NCBI GenBank assembly: GCA_024277655.1
Contig: JAJRUT010000063.1
Location: 16,939 to 80,938 of the forward strand
DNA length: 64,000 nucleotides
Source of the DNA: Deltaproteobacteria bacterium
GTDB taxonomy: Bacteria > Desulfobacterota > Desulfobulbia > Desulfobulbales > SURF-16
Direction: 5' to 3'
In this document: positions 54,519 through 63,662 of the stretch, one piece after another
How positions within the stretch are numbered: the first letter of the stretch is position 1
How the letters are laid out: the number at the start of each line of letters is the position of its first letter
The notes under the pieces: generated by a model
Databases searched by the model: none
Seen by the model: the letters and a program-made list of their open reading frames with translations, nothing else
What the model was told of the DNA's origin: nothing
Translations under genes and position numbers: made by a program

Positions 54519-56855
54519 ATGAGTAAAAAAATAACAGTAAAAGGCCTTGATAAAGAAGGTCAGCGGATCTCCACCCAGGTTTTTGAACGATTGGTCCAGG
54601 ATGCGTTTACCAAATCCAGAGATCTGGTGCTTGAGACCTATGGTCAGCATAATGTTGGTGGTCGCCTGAAATCTGGCGGTGAAGCCGTTAACATCGAGAT
54701 CAATGGCCCCTGTGGTCAACGGGTTGGTTGTATGGGTATGCCCGGCACTAAGATTGTGGTTAATGGCCCGGCCTCTGACGATGTTGGTTGGCTTAATATC
54801 GGGGCAGATATCACCATTAAGGGTGATGCCACCAATGGTGTGTGTAACGCCATGGCTGAGGGTAAGGTGTATATCGGTGGCAGTATCGGTGCCCGTGGTC
54901 TCACCATGACTAAATGGAACCCTGAGTACAAACGGCCTGAACTGTGGATTCTTGGTTCCTGTGGCGATTCATTTGCCGAGTTTAATTGTGGCGGGATTGC
55001 CGTTGTCTGCGGGATTGACGCCAAGACACCTGATAATGTTCTGGGTTATCGTCCTTGCGTGGGTATGGTTGGTGGTTCTATTTACTATCATGGTAAGATT
55101 GATGAATCTTACTCCCAGATCAATGTCAAGGCGGTACTGCCCAGTGACGAGCAATGGCAATGGCTTATGGCCAATATGCCTGTCTATCTTGAAGCCATTG
55201 GTCGCTTGGAACTGCTGGATGAGTTATCAAAGCGTGATGATTGGTCGATTCTTGATGCTATTCCGCCTCAAGAACGGGCCCTTATGAAGACAGGGCCCAT
55301 GCCTATGTCTGAGTTCGTTCAGAAGGTGTGGAATCCCGGTTTTGGTGGTGGTGATCCGATTCGTGATCTGGCCCCAGGGCTTGACCGTTCCCCTATCGGC
55401 CTTATTGAGACCGGAGATCTGCGGCGTAAGAAGCCCTTTTGGGCTAATCGTGACAAGGCGGCCCCCTGTTCCTATTACTGCCCGGTACATATCCCAACCA
55501 TCGACCGCTTGAAGCTTATGCGGGAAGGAAAAGCCGATGAAGCGTACGATATGTTGATGGAATATACGCCGCTCCCTGCCTCTGTCTGTGGTCATATCTG
55601 CCCGAACCTCTGTATGCAGAACTGTTCCCGTCAGAAGGTTGATGAGAAGATTGATGTGCAGATGCTCGGTCGTGCTGCCAAGGATAAAAAAGCTCCAAAA
55701 TCAGCACCTTCTCTCGGTAAAAAAGTTGCCATTATCGGTGGTGGTCCTGCCGGAATGAATGCCGCCTGGCAATTGGCCAAGGCCGGTGTTGAGGCTCATA
55801 TCTTTGAAAAAGACACGATCATTGGTGGTAAGCTTGCCCAGGTTATCCCCTGGGAGAGGATGCCAAAGGCCATTTGGGATGCTGAGATTGAGCGTTTTAT
55901 GTCGGTCGATAATATCACCGTTAATTTTGAAGTAGATATGACGGCGGAGAAGTTTGCTGAACTGCAAAAGGATTTTGATCATGTGATTGTTGCCGTTGGT
56001 ACTCATTCGCCACGCACCATTCCTTTCCCCGGTCATGAAAGGGTAATTCCAGCCCTTGATTTTCTAAAAGACGCTAAATCGGCAAAGCCCACAAAGTTAA
56101 AGGGTAATGTCGTAATTATTGGTGCCGGTAACGTAGGTTGTGACGTGGCCTGTGATGCTTACGCCTTGGGTGCCAAGCAGGTAACCTTGGTTGATATTCA
56201 AAAGCCATTGGCCTTTGGTAAGGAAAAAGCGGCGGCTGAGGCCCTTGGGGCCAAGTTCAAGTGGCCGGTGATGACCAAGGAAGTCACCGATGAGGGTCTG
56301 ATTGATGCAGCGGGTCATCTGATTCCGGCTGATACGGTAATTATTTCCATCGGTGATGTCCCAGCCCTGAAATTCCTGCCTGATTCCGTTGAGGTTCTCA
56401 ATGTTGGTGGGGCGGCCTGGGTGAAATGTGATCCGGCAGGTCGTACCTCAGATGCCGGGATCTCTGCCGTGGGTGATGTTGAACGTCCAGGTCTTGCTAC
56501 AAATGCCCTCGGTGCCGGTAAGAACGTGGCAGAATCGCTTATTGCCGAGTTTAAGGGTGAAGAGTATAAGCCCTTTGCCAAGGAAGTAATCCCGCAAAGG
56601 AGTCTGACCCATACTCACTATGCGCCGGATAATCAATGTGGCTCTTCTGAAGAGGCTGAAGCTGATCGGTGTCTTAGTTGTGGAAGCTGTCGCGACTGTC
56701 ATCTCTGTGAAACCATCTGCCCTGAGGATGCAATCTCCCGCGAGAAGCTTCCTGATGGCAGTTTTCGCTATGTTTCTGCTGATGATAAATGTATTGCCTG
56801 TGGTTTTTGTGCCGATACCTGTCCCTGTGGTATCTGGTTGATTAATGCGTTTTAA
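54519..56855 (+). CDS. fusion of glutamate synthase GXGXG domain, GltD-like NAD(P)H-dependent FAD oxidoreductase and C-terminal ferredoxin domain
   Basis: N-terminal repeated G-x-G beta-helix segments (GQRVGCMGMPGTKIVVNGPASDDVGWLNIGADITIKGDA...). Central VAIIGGGPAGMNAA and VVIIGAGNVGCDVA dinucleotide motifs. C-terminal CLSCGSCRDCHLCETICP and CIACGFCADTCP. Confidence 0.82.
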   Translation: MSKKITVKGLDKEGQRISTQVFERLVQDAFTKSRDLVLETYGQHNVGGRLKSGGEAVNIEINGPCGQRVGCMGMPGTKIVVNGPASDDVGWLNIGADITIKGDATNGVCNAMAEGKVYIGGSIGARGLTMTKWNPEYKRPELWILGSCGDSFAEFNCGGIAVVCGIDAKTPDNVLGYRPCVGMVGGSIYYHGKIDESYSQINVKAVLPSDEQWQWLMANMPVYLEAIGRLELLDELSKRDDWSILDAIPPQERALMKTGPMPMSEFVQKVWNPGFGGGDPIRDLAPGLDRSPIGLIETGDLRRKKPFWANRDKAAPCSYYCPVHIPTIDRLKLMREGKADEAYDMLMEYTPLPASVCGHICPNLCMQNCSRQKVDEKIDVQMLGRAAKDKKAPKSAPSLGKKVAIIGGGPAGMNAAWQLAKAGVEAHIFEKDTIIGGKLAQVIPWERMPKAIWDAEIERFMSVDNITVNFEVDMTAEKFAELQKDFDHVIVAVGTHSPRTIPFPGHERVIPALDFLKDAKSAKPTKLKGNVVIIGAGNVGCDVACDAYALGAKQVTLVDIQKPLAFGKEKAAAEALGAKFKWPVMTKEVTDEGLIDAAGHLIPADTVIISIGDVPALKFLPDSVEVLNVGGAAWVKCDPAGRTSDAGISAVGDVERPGLATNALGAGKNVAESLIAEFKGEEYKPFAKEVIPQRSLTHTHYAPDNQCGSSEEAEADRCLSCGSCRDCHLCETICPEDAISREKLPDGSFRYVSADDKCIACGFCADTCPCGIWLINAF

Positions 56856-56989
56856 TGGTTTATTGCCGTTGTAAATGGTTTTGGCTGTTAGTAAGGTTGA
56901 AGGTGTAAGATGGGGGAGCGGTCTTTTAGTCCTTATACCTTTCAAATCTTTAAGCCTTTAGAGTATATCCAGAAATCTCTTGCTAAGAT

Positions 56990-57361
56990 ATGGCAGAGAG
57001 CAAACTTATCGACAGGATTATTATGCGAGGAAGAAAAAGACATTTAAAAAAGGCGGCTAGGAAAACAGAACTTCTGGCTGCAAAGAAGGGCAGTTGCACG
57101 AGTTGTGTTTGCAAGAAAAAAGCAACCACAGTAAAGCCTGCTCCAGTAAAGCCTGCCGCGTCCCCAACAGGTGCGGGTACCAAATTATCCTACTACGGTA
57201 AGAGCAAGGTTTGTCATATTGTTACCGTTGCTGGAGATGGTGTGGTTACAGCCCTCTGTGGTGATATTTGGGCTCCTGGCGATGAGAAAGCGGCACCAAC
57301 AATTATTGATGCCATCACCGATGACCGCAGGCTCTGTAAAAAATGTGAGAAGAAGCAGTAA
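56990..57361 (+). CDS. hypothetical basic protein with C-terminal Cys pairs
   Basis: 123-aa ORF (or shorter, from MRGRKRH). Lys-rich N-terminus, CTSCVC and CKKC motifs. Followed by a strong terminator. Confidence 0.45.
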   Translation: MAESKLIDRIIMRGRKRHLKKAARKTELLAAKKGSCTSCVCKKKATTVKPAPVKPAASPTGAGTKLSYYGKSKVCHIVTVAGDGVVTALCGDIWAPGDEKAAPTIIDAITDDRRLCKKCEKKQ

Positions 57362-57397
57362 TTCCTTCGGTGTTTTCGGAGGAGTCGTTGTCTACTT

Positions 57398-57444
57398 AAA
57401 AAAGGCTACATTCACCACAATTGTGGTGAATGTAGCCTTTTTTT
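57398..57444 (+). terminator. rho-independent terminator
   Basis: Perfect 34-nt palindrome ggctacattcaccacaattgtggtgaatgtagcc, flanked by an A-run and a T7 run. Confidence 0.85.
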
Positions 57445-57505
57445 ATGGCAAATACGGATTAAAAGAGGCAGACCCTTGACAGGGGAAAGGGCAATTCCAT
57501 AGACT

Positions 57506-59599
57506 ATGGAAATGAAAAGTCTTTGCCATGCTCAAAAGATAATAGTTGTCCTCCTCTGCATCATCGTATGGCTTTTGGGAGTTGTTCCTGTTTGGGGGCA
57601 AGACCCCCCAATTCTCCATGTCGATTCTGACTTTAGCCGGGTATCAATTGGCACATGGGTCTCTGTTCTCGAAGACCCAAGTGGGGAACTCACCCTTGCC
57701 GAAGTAATGGCTGCTGATACGCCCTTTGTCGTTTCGACAACGGATATTATTTTTAAAGGATTTACTTCTTCTGTCTACTGGTTGAAGTTTCAATTGCAGG
57801 CGAAGGAGGCCCACTTTGCTAATCTTTTTTTGGAGCTTAAGTATCCGCCTATAGATTTCTGTTCTCTTGATCTTGTTTTTGACACAGGGGAGGTGGTGCA
57901 TCAGGAGGGGGGGGATATGTTGCCCTTTGTCGACCGGGCAGTGGCCTATCAAAATGTTATTTTCCCGATCACTCTGAAACCAAACCACTCAGTTACCGGG
58001 TATTTAAAGGTGAGGAGTGAAGGGTCTTTAAAATTACCCTTTGTCCTCCATTCAGATAGTAATATGATTGTCGCAGCCGGCCGGGAACAGATGGCCCTTG
58101 CTCATTATCTCGGGGCCCTATTGGTTATGAGTGTCTTGAATCTGTTTATTTTTTTTAAGTTGCGGGACATCTGTTTTCTCTACTATGTGATCTTTACCTT
58201 CCTTTTTGCCAATTTTATGGCGTCTTACTATGGCTTTTCTGGCATGTACCTCTGGCCTGAGTGGATCTGGTGGGCAAATAATAATATTCCCTTTTTCATC
58301 CTTCTCTCCATTTCGGGGGCCTTTCTTTTTCCAAGGGCCTTTCTTGAAACTTGGCAGTATCCAGCCATTGACCTAGCTTTGCAGTACGCCATGTGGTTTT
58401 TGGCGGTAACTGCGGTGGTTAGTTTGGCAGTACCTTATGCCATTGGCATTCGTTTTGCCAGTCTCTGCGTGCCATCTGCTCTATTTTTGATTTGGGTTAG
58501 TTGGTATAGCATGCGTAGCGGCGACCGGCTGGGGAAATACTATCTGGTGGCCTGGGTTGGTTTTGTGTTTTTTTTGCTGATTCAGGTTTTGCAGGTCTTT
58601 GGTTATTTGGCCTCTTTTACCCTGGCTGGCGGGGGGCTTTTGCTCGGCTCCGCGTGGCAGGTGGTTGTCTTTGCCCTGGGGCTTACTGAGCGGTTCCGGA
58701 TGAAGATTGTTGCCTCGGCTGGAGAGGCTGTTGCCGTCGCTGATCGCATGGCCATGGGGGACTTATCCTCGGAGATTTCAATGGCGACTGTCGACTCCAG
58801 AGAGGAGTTGTCCGGTCTGTTTGATGCAATGCGCCGGATGCAGGAGAAGCTTGGGGTGATGCTTGCTGGGGTCCAGGAAACCGTACAGATGGTAAATGTT
58901 TCCAGTGATTCTGTCTTGTACAGTAGTAGTGAAATTGCCAGCTCCTCAGCTCGACAGGCCGAGGCTGTGTCGGATGTTACCCAGGCCTTGGAAAGGGTGT
59001 CCTTGGTAATTTATCATAATGCGGGGGATGCCAGGGAGACCTCGGAGCTTGCCACCAAGGCTTCGTTGGAGATTCTTGAAGGCAGTAAGGTGGTGCAGGA
59101 GACGGTTCTTGCCATGCGGTCGATTGCTGAACGGATCAATGTGATCCAGGAGATATCCCGGCAGACCAATCTGTTGGCGCTTAATGCTGCCATTGAGGCG
59201 GCACGGGCCGGGGAGCATGGCAAGGGTTTTGCCGTGGTTGCTACTGAGGTTCGCAAGCTTGCTGAACGCAGCCAGGTGGCGGCGACTGAGATCCTGGGTA
59301 TGGTCGAAAACAGTGTTAGTGTCTCTGAAAAAGCCGGGGAAATGATGGAGGCGGTGGTACCGATGATAGAGCAGACGGCGACCCTTGTTAAGTCCATTGA
59401 TAAGGATAGTGGCGTGCAGGCCGAGGATCTGCGGAGTACGGTGGGGCGTATGTCGCAACTTGATGTGATTGCCAGCGACAATAAACGCGCTGCCGAGCAA
59501 CTCTCTGGTTACAGCCATGAACTTGCAGTTCTTGCCAAAGAATTACAACAAAAGATTGATCAGTTTAAATTTCACGATCAACTTCTCCTTTCGGAGTAA
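57506..59599 (+). CDS. methyl-accepting chemotaxis protein with 7TMR-DISM sensor (extracellular DISMED2-like domain + 7 TM)
   Basis: Signal/TM, then a periplasmic domain ([15 protein letters not shown] ... [10 protein letters not shown]). Seven hydrophobic segments follow. C-terminal MCP signalling domain [37 protein letters not shown]. Confidence 0.85.
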   Translation: MEMKSLCHAQKIIVVLLCIIVWLLGVVPVWGQDPPILHVDSDFSRVSIGTWVSVLEDPSGELTLAEVMAADTPFVVSTTDIIFKGFTSSVYWLKFQLQAKEAHFANLFLELKYPPIDFCSLDLVFDTGEVVHQEGGDMLPFVDRAVAYQNVIFPITLKPNHSVTGYLKVRSEGSLKLPFVLHSDSNMIVAAGREQMALAHYLGALLVMSVLNLFIFFKLRDICFLYYVIFTFLFANFMASYYGFSGMYLWPEWIWWANNNIPFFILLSISGAFLFPRAFLETWQYPAIDLALQYAMWFLAVTAVVSLAVPYAIGIRFASLCVPSALFLIWVSWYSMRSGDRLGKYYLVAWVGFVFFLLIQVLQVFGYLASFTLAGGGLLLGSAWQVVVFALGLTERFRMKIVASAGEAVAVADRMAMGDLSSEISMATVDSREELSGLFDAMRRMQEKLGVMLAGVQETVQMVNVSSDSVLYSSSEIASSSARQAEAVSDVTQALERVSLVIYHNAGDARETSELATKASLEILEGSKVVQETVLAMRSIAERINVIQEISRQTNLLALNAAIEAARAGEHGKGFAVVATEVRKLAERSQVAATEILGMVENSVSVSEKAGEMMEAVVPMIEQTATLVKSIDKDSGVQAEDLRSTVGRMSQLDVIASDNKRAAEQLSGYSHELAVLAKELQQKIDQFKFHDQLLLSE

Positions 59600-59607
59600 C
59601 TATTTTT

Positions 59608-61524
59608 ATGACAACAGACAAACAACATACTGTGCTTGTGGTGGATGACTCTGCGGCTATTCGCACCATTATGAAGAAGGAACTTGAAAAACGGGGTTAC
59701 CGGGTTATCACGGCCGCAGATGGAATTCTGGGGGTAGAGGCATTCAAGCTGGAGCATCCGGATGTAGTTACCCTTGATGTTAATATGCCAAATATGGATG
59801 GGTTTCAGGCCTGTGCTGTGATTCGCTCCTCCGTTGGTGGGTTGCAGGTGCCTATAGTTTTTATTACTGGTAATGATACCCTGGAGGATCGCGAGCGGGG
59901 TTTTGCCCTGGGGGCCATGGATTTTGTCTCCAAGTATTCAGAAAAAGCCTGGGCTGAGGCGGCGGATGTGGTGGATAAGGTTCTGGCCAAGGACAAGAAA
60001 CTTGGTGGGGTTATGGCCATGGTTGTCTCCACCCGCGATATTAGTCTGCGAATTATGACCTCGTCTCTTACCCGGTTTGGTGTTGATGTCATACAGGCCA
60101 AAACAGATGAGGCGGTGCTTAGCACTCTCCAGGAGAAACGGGAGCAGCTTGATCTGGTGTTGGTGGATTTTACCACCATCGGTCTTGATTGTTTTAAAAT
60201 TTGTGATGTTATTCGCAACCATCTCCATCTCCACGATCTGCCCGTTATCTTTCTTGTCGCCCCGGAACACCAGGATATGGTGCTTGAGATGTATCAGGCA
60301 GGAATTACCGACCAGATTAGAAAGCCCTTCACCCAGGAAGAACTGCGGGGCAAGATTATCAGTCATCTGGAGTATCGAAGTCATATTAAAAAACTTGGCA
60401 TAGAGATCACCAAAAACAGAATGATTCTGGAGGTGGCCGATGAGGGGATTGTTGGCGTTGATCGTGAGGGGGTTGTGAATTTTGTAAATCCTGCCGCCGC
60501 CGAGATGATTAAGCTGCATATCGGGGATTTTGTTTCCCGTTATTTTGCTGAATTTATTGCTGTTGCCGAGACGGGTGAAGATCATGTTGTTATTCCTCAT
60601 TTTTATGAGAGAAATGATGGTCGTTCAGTGTTGCGGAAGAGTTCCGGTGAGTCGTTCCCTGTCCATTTTTCGGCAGCTCCGGTCAGGCTTGGTAAGGAGA
60701 ATCTGGGAGGGGTGATTGTTTTTAACGATATTACTCGTTCTTTGCAGCTTGAACAGGAGAGAAGGGATACCATAAAAATCCTTGAACAGGAGATGAACGC
60801 CGCGGGTAGTCTGCAACGCTCGCTACTACCGAAAAAGAGTGATGTTGAGGCAATTTCTAGCCTTGATATTGGTTATTTCTGCAAGGCCTACTCTCCTGTT
60901 TCTGGTGATTTTTTAATCGTTGAGGAGGTGGCTGAAAACAAGGTTGCGGTGCTTGTGGTTGATGTCATGGGGCACGGGGTGAAGGCCGGGCTTGCCACTA
61001 TCCGTATAAAGACCCTGTTTGATGATTTTAAACGTGATTATACCGATCCCGGCAAGCTTGTGACGCAAATAAATAACAAGGCCTTTACCTTGGCTGATAA
61101 TGGCTTGTTTCAGACTGTACTTCTAGCCGTGTTCGATCTGGAGCAGAACAGGGTGGTTATCGCTTCAGCCGGAGGTATTCCGCCCCTGTTCTACACCCAA
61201 GCGACAAAGGAAATGGTGATTCATGAAACTTCTGGCAATCCGGTCGGTATTACCCAGGGTGAGGATTTTGAGGTTGATGTTCTGACCTTGGAGTTTAAGC
61301 AGGGTGATGGTCTTATTCTGCAAACCGATGGTACTCTTGAATGTGTTAATAATGCCGGTCTTGCCTTTGATGGTTACTTAACTCAGGCAACGGGTAAGGC
61401 GCACTTGGGTCAGGGTAAGACGAGCCAGGCCATTGTCGATGATATTATATATGATGCCACCACCTTTGTTGGTGAACACGGTTTCGATGATGACCTTACC
61501 CTCGTTGTGGTGCAGAGGGGCTAG
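59608..61524 (+). CDS. response regulator with two receiver domains, PAS domain and PP2C (SpoIIE/RsbU-type) phosphatase domain
   Basis: REC1 VLVVDDSAAIRT ... VVTLDVNMPNMDG. Second receiver-like domain LDLVLVDFTT ... IRKPF. PAS ILEVADEGIVGVDREGVVNFVNPAAAEMI. PP2C GDFLIVEE ... VVDVMGHGV ... DDDLTLVVV. Confidence 0.85.
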   Translation: MTTDKQHTVLVVDDSAAIRTIMKKELEKRGYRVITAADGILGVEAFKLEHPDVVTLDVNMPNMDGFQACAVIRSSVGGLQVPIVFITGNDTLEDRERGFALGAMDFVSKYSEKAWAEAADVVDKVLAKDKKLGGVMAMVVSTRDISLRIMTSSLTRFGVDVIQAKTDEAVLSTLQEKREQLDLVLVDFTTIGLDCFKICDVIRNHLHLHDLPVIFLVAPEHQDMVLEMYQAGITDQIRKPFTQEELRGKIISHLEYRSHIKKLGIEITKNRMILEVADEGIVGVDREGVVNFVNPAAAEMIKLHIGDFVSRYFAEFIAVAETGEDHVVIPHFYERNDGRSVLRKSSGESFPVHFSAAPVRLGKENLGGVIVFNDITRSLQLEQERRDTIKILEQEMNAAGSLQRSLLPKKSDVEAISSLDIGYFCKAYSPVSGDFLIVEEVAENKVAVLVVDVMGHGVKAGLATIRIKTLFDDFKRDYTDPGKLVTQINNKAFTLADNGLFQTVLLAVFDLEQNRVVIASAGGIPPLFYTQATKEMVIHETSGNPVGITQGEDFEVDVLTLEFKQGDGLILQTDGTLECVNNAGLAFDGYLTQATGKAHLGQGKTSQAIVDDIIYDATTFVGEHGFDDDLTLVVVQRG

Positions 61525-61683
61525 GGTATTTTTATGTGCGTATACCGAGTATTGATTGTTTCTGTTTAGGGTTAAAACCTTCGCCCTTCGGAGTATCATC
61601 CCTCACTTACCGGGCGAATAACAGCAAAGCTGTGTCTGTTTTGCTAGCAGTCGTCGCGTTGCTACTGTTTTCTTTGAACGTTC

Positions 61684-61814
61684 AACATCGAACTTCCAAC
61701 GTCCAACATCGAATATGGAAACGCTACGCTTGTCTGTTTTCATAAAGAGTAGCGAAGCGACGAAAGTTCCATCTCGAAGTCTAACGCTTATCTCAGCGTT
61801 GGAATTTCGATGTT
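61684..61814. repeat. AACATCGAA-type inverted-repeat element, copy 2
   Basis: Arms aacatcgaacttccaacg (from 61684) and cgttggaatttcgatgtt (to 61814) are complementary with one mismatch. The left flank ttgaacgttcaacatcgaa resembles copy 1 (ttgaacgccgaacatcgaa). Confidence 0.8.
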
Positions 61815-62003
61815 AATTTGTTTGTTGTACTGTCAATGAAACCGGCCTGTGCCGGTGATGGACTTCTCGAAGTCGCGTTGGCCTCGCTAATCGGTCCGCA
61901 TTCTACCCCACCTGCTTGAGCGGGTGGTAGTTGAGTAATACCCAAGTAAGAGCAATTAGCTGAAATCTTTGCTTATCTCCCACCTCCATGGTTAAAGAAG
62001 CCT

Positions 62004-63662
62004 ATGAAATTTTTTTTAAGACTGTTTCTGGCTAAACCGCTTTTTCTTCTTGTGCTGGTCTTTACGCCCTTTTTTACGGCAACTATCTCTCTTGCCCAGA
62101 CAACACTCCATGTCGGTTTTACCGATAATCCCCCTGCGGTGTTTCGGGGTGATGATGGTACGCCCCAGGGGATTTATATTGATGTTATGGATTATATTGC
62201 CGAGCGGGAGGGGTGGCGTCTTGAGTATCAGGGAGATCTCTGGGTCAACAACCTCATAAAACTCCAGAACGGCGAGCTAGATCTCCTCCTTGATATTGCC
62301 AGATCCCCAGAGCGGGCCAGGATTATGGCCTTTTCTTCTGTGCCTTTGGTGGAGGATTGGGCGCGTGTTTTTGTCGCGCCTGATTTAATGGTGGCAGGCT
62401 TTGCTGATCTTGCCGGTAAACGGGTTGGTCTGGTGCGGGGTGATATTCATACCGAAGTGTTTCTGCAAATCACAACCCTGCTGGGGATTGAGCCCATCAT
62501 GGTGTTTACTGAGAGTTCCGAGATGGGTATGGATCTCCTGGCAAGAGATGAACTTGATGCCCTGGTCTTGCCTAATTTGCAAAGTAAGGTGGTTAGTCAT
62601 AGGGTGAGTTGTGTAAAGACTGATCTGATTTTTAATCCGGTGGAGTTGCGTTTTGCCGCGCCCCTTGTTGGTAATGCCAATATCCTTGAACGGATTGATT
62701 ATCATGTAACAAGGCTTAAACAGAATCCCTCCTCACTTTATTATAAATCCATGACTAAATGGGTGGAGGGGGTTGGTCGTATTGTAATCCCCCAGTGGCT
62801 TAATGCTGCCTGGCTTGTTGGTGGTGTGGTTGGCTTAATTTGTATTATTGTACTTTTTAATATTCTCCTACGCCATCAGGTGCGGGTCAAGACGCGGGCC
62901 TTGGCAAGGTCCATTGCTAGTCAACAGAGGCAGGACAGTGAGCTTTCCGTGGCAAAGGATATTCAGCTAGGTCTTCTGCCACCCCCGGCCTTTAGTGTTG
63001 CTGATTATGACCTGTCGGCCTATCTGCAACCGGCTAAAATGGTGGGTGGGGATTTCTTTGATTTTTTCAGCCTTGCCGGTGATCGGTTCTGCTTTTTGAT
63101 TGCTGATGTGGCCGATAAGGGAATTCCTGCGGCCCTGTTTATGGCCTCCACCAAGACCTGTCTGGCGGTGATGGCCAAGGATTTTCGTTCCCTTGCGGGG
63201 CTTATGACTGCAGTGAATCGGGAAATTTCCGAAAATAACCCCCGCTGCATGTTCGTAACGATGTTCTGCGCGGTTCTTGATCTTAAAAGCGGTGTTTTGA
63301 CTTACACTCTGGCAGGTCACGAACCACCATTTCTGCGGCGGGCAAATGGTGAAATACTGGTGCTTGACCAGGCCCACTGCATGGCCCTTGGCCTTGATGA
63401 GGATGCCCCGTATGAACAGGCTGAAATAATGCTGCTTCCAGGAGACACGCTGTTTATGTTTACCGATGGTGTATCTGAGGCCATGGATGGCAAAGGGGAG
63501 CAATTCGGTGAGGCGGCGATCAGGTCGACCCTGGTTAAGGCCAGTTACGGGGAGAGTGCTAATAAGGTGGTTTTGGCTGTGCAAGAGGCGGTTAAGCGAC
63601 ATGTTGGCACGACACCTCCCCATGATGATATCACCATGCTCTGTGTGCGGAGGAAGGCCTGA
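62004..63662 (+). CDS. periplasmic solute-binding (SBP family 3) sensor fused via one TM segment to a PP2C (SpoIIE-type) phosphatase
   Basis: Signal peptide. SBP_bac_3-like domain (LHVGFTDNPPAVFRGDDGTPQGIYIDVMDYIAE ... ELDLLLDIARSPER). TM segment AAWLVGGVVGLICIIVLFNIL. PP2C motifs GGDFFDFF ... IADVADKG ... HDDITMLCV. Confidence 0.85.
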   Translation: MKFFLRLFLAKPLFLLVLVFTPFFTATISLAQTTLHVGFTDNPPAVFRGDDGTPQGIYIDVMDYIAEREGWRLEYQGDLWVNNLIKLQNGELDLLLDIARSPERARIMAFSSVPLVEDWARVFVAPDLMVAGFADLAGKRVGLVRGDIHTEVFLQITTLLGIEPIMVFTESSEMGMDLLARDELDALVLPNLQSKVVSHRVSCVKTDLIFNPVELRFAAPLVGNANILERIDYHVTRLKQNPSSLYYKSMTKWVEGVGRIVIPQWLNAAWLVGGVVGLICIIVLFNILLRHQVRVKTRALARSIASQQRQDSELSVAKDIQLGLLPPPAFSVADYDLSAYLQPAKMVGGDFFDFFSLAGDRFCFLIADVADKGIPAALFMASTKTCLAVMAKDFRSLAGLMTAVNREISENNPRCMFVTMFCAVLDLKSGVLTYTLAGHEPPFLRRANGEILVLDQAHCMALGLDEDAPYEQAEIMLLPGDTLFMFTDGVSEAMDGKGEQFGEAAIRSTLVKASYGESANKVVLAVQEAVKRHVGTTPPHDDITMLCVRRKA

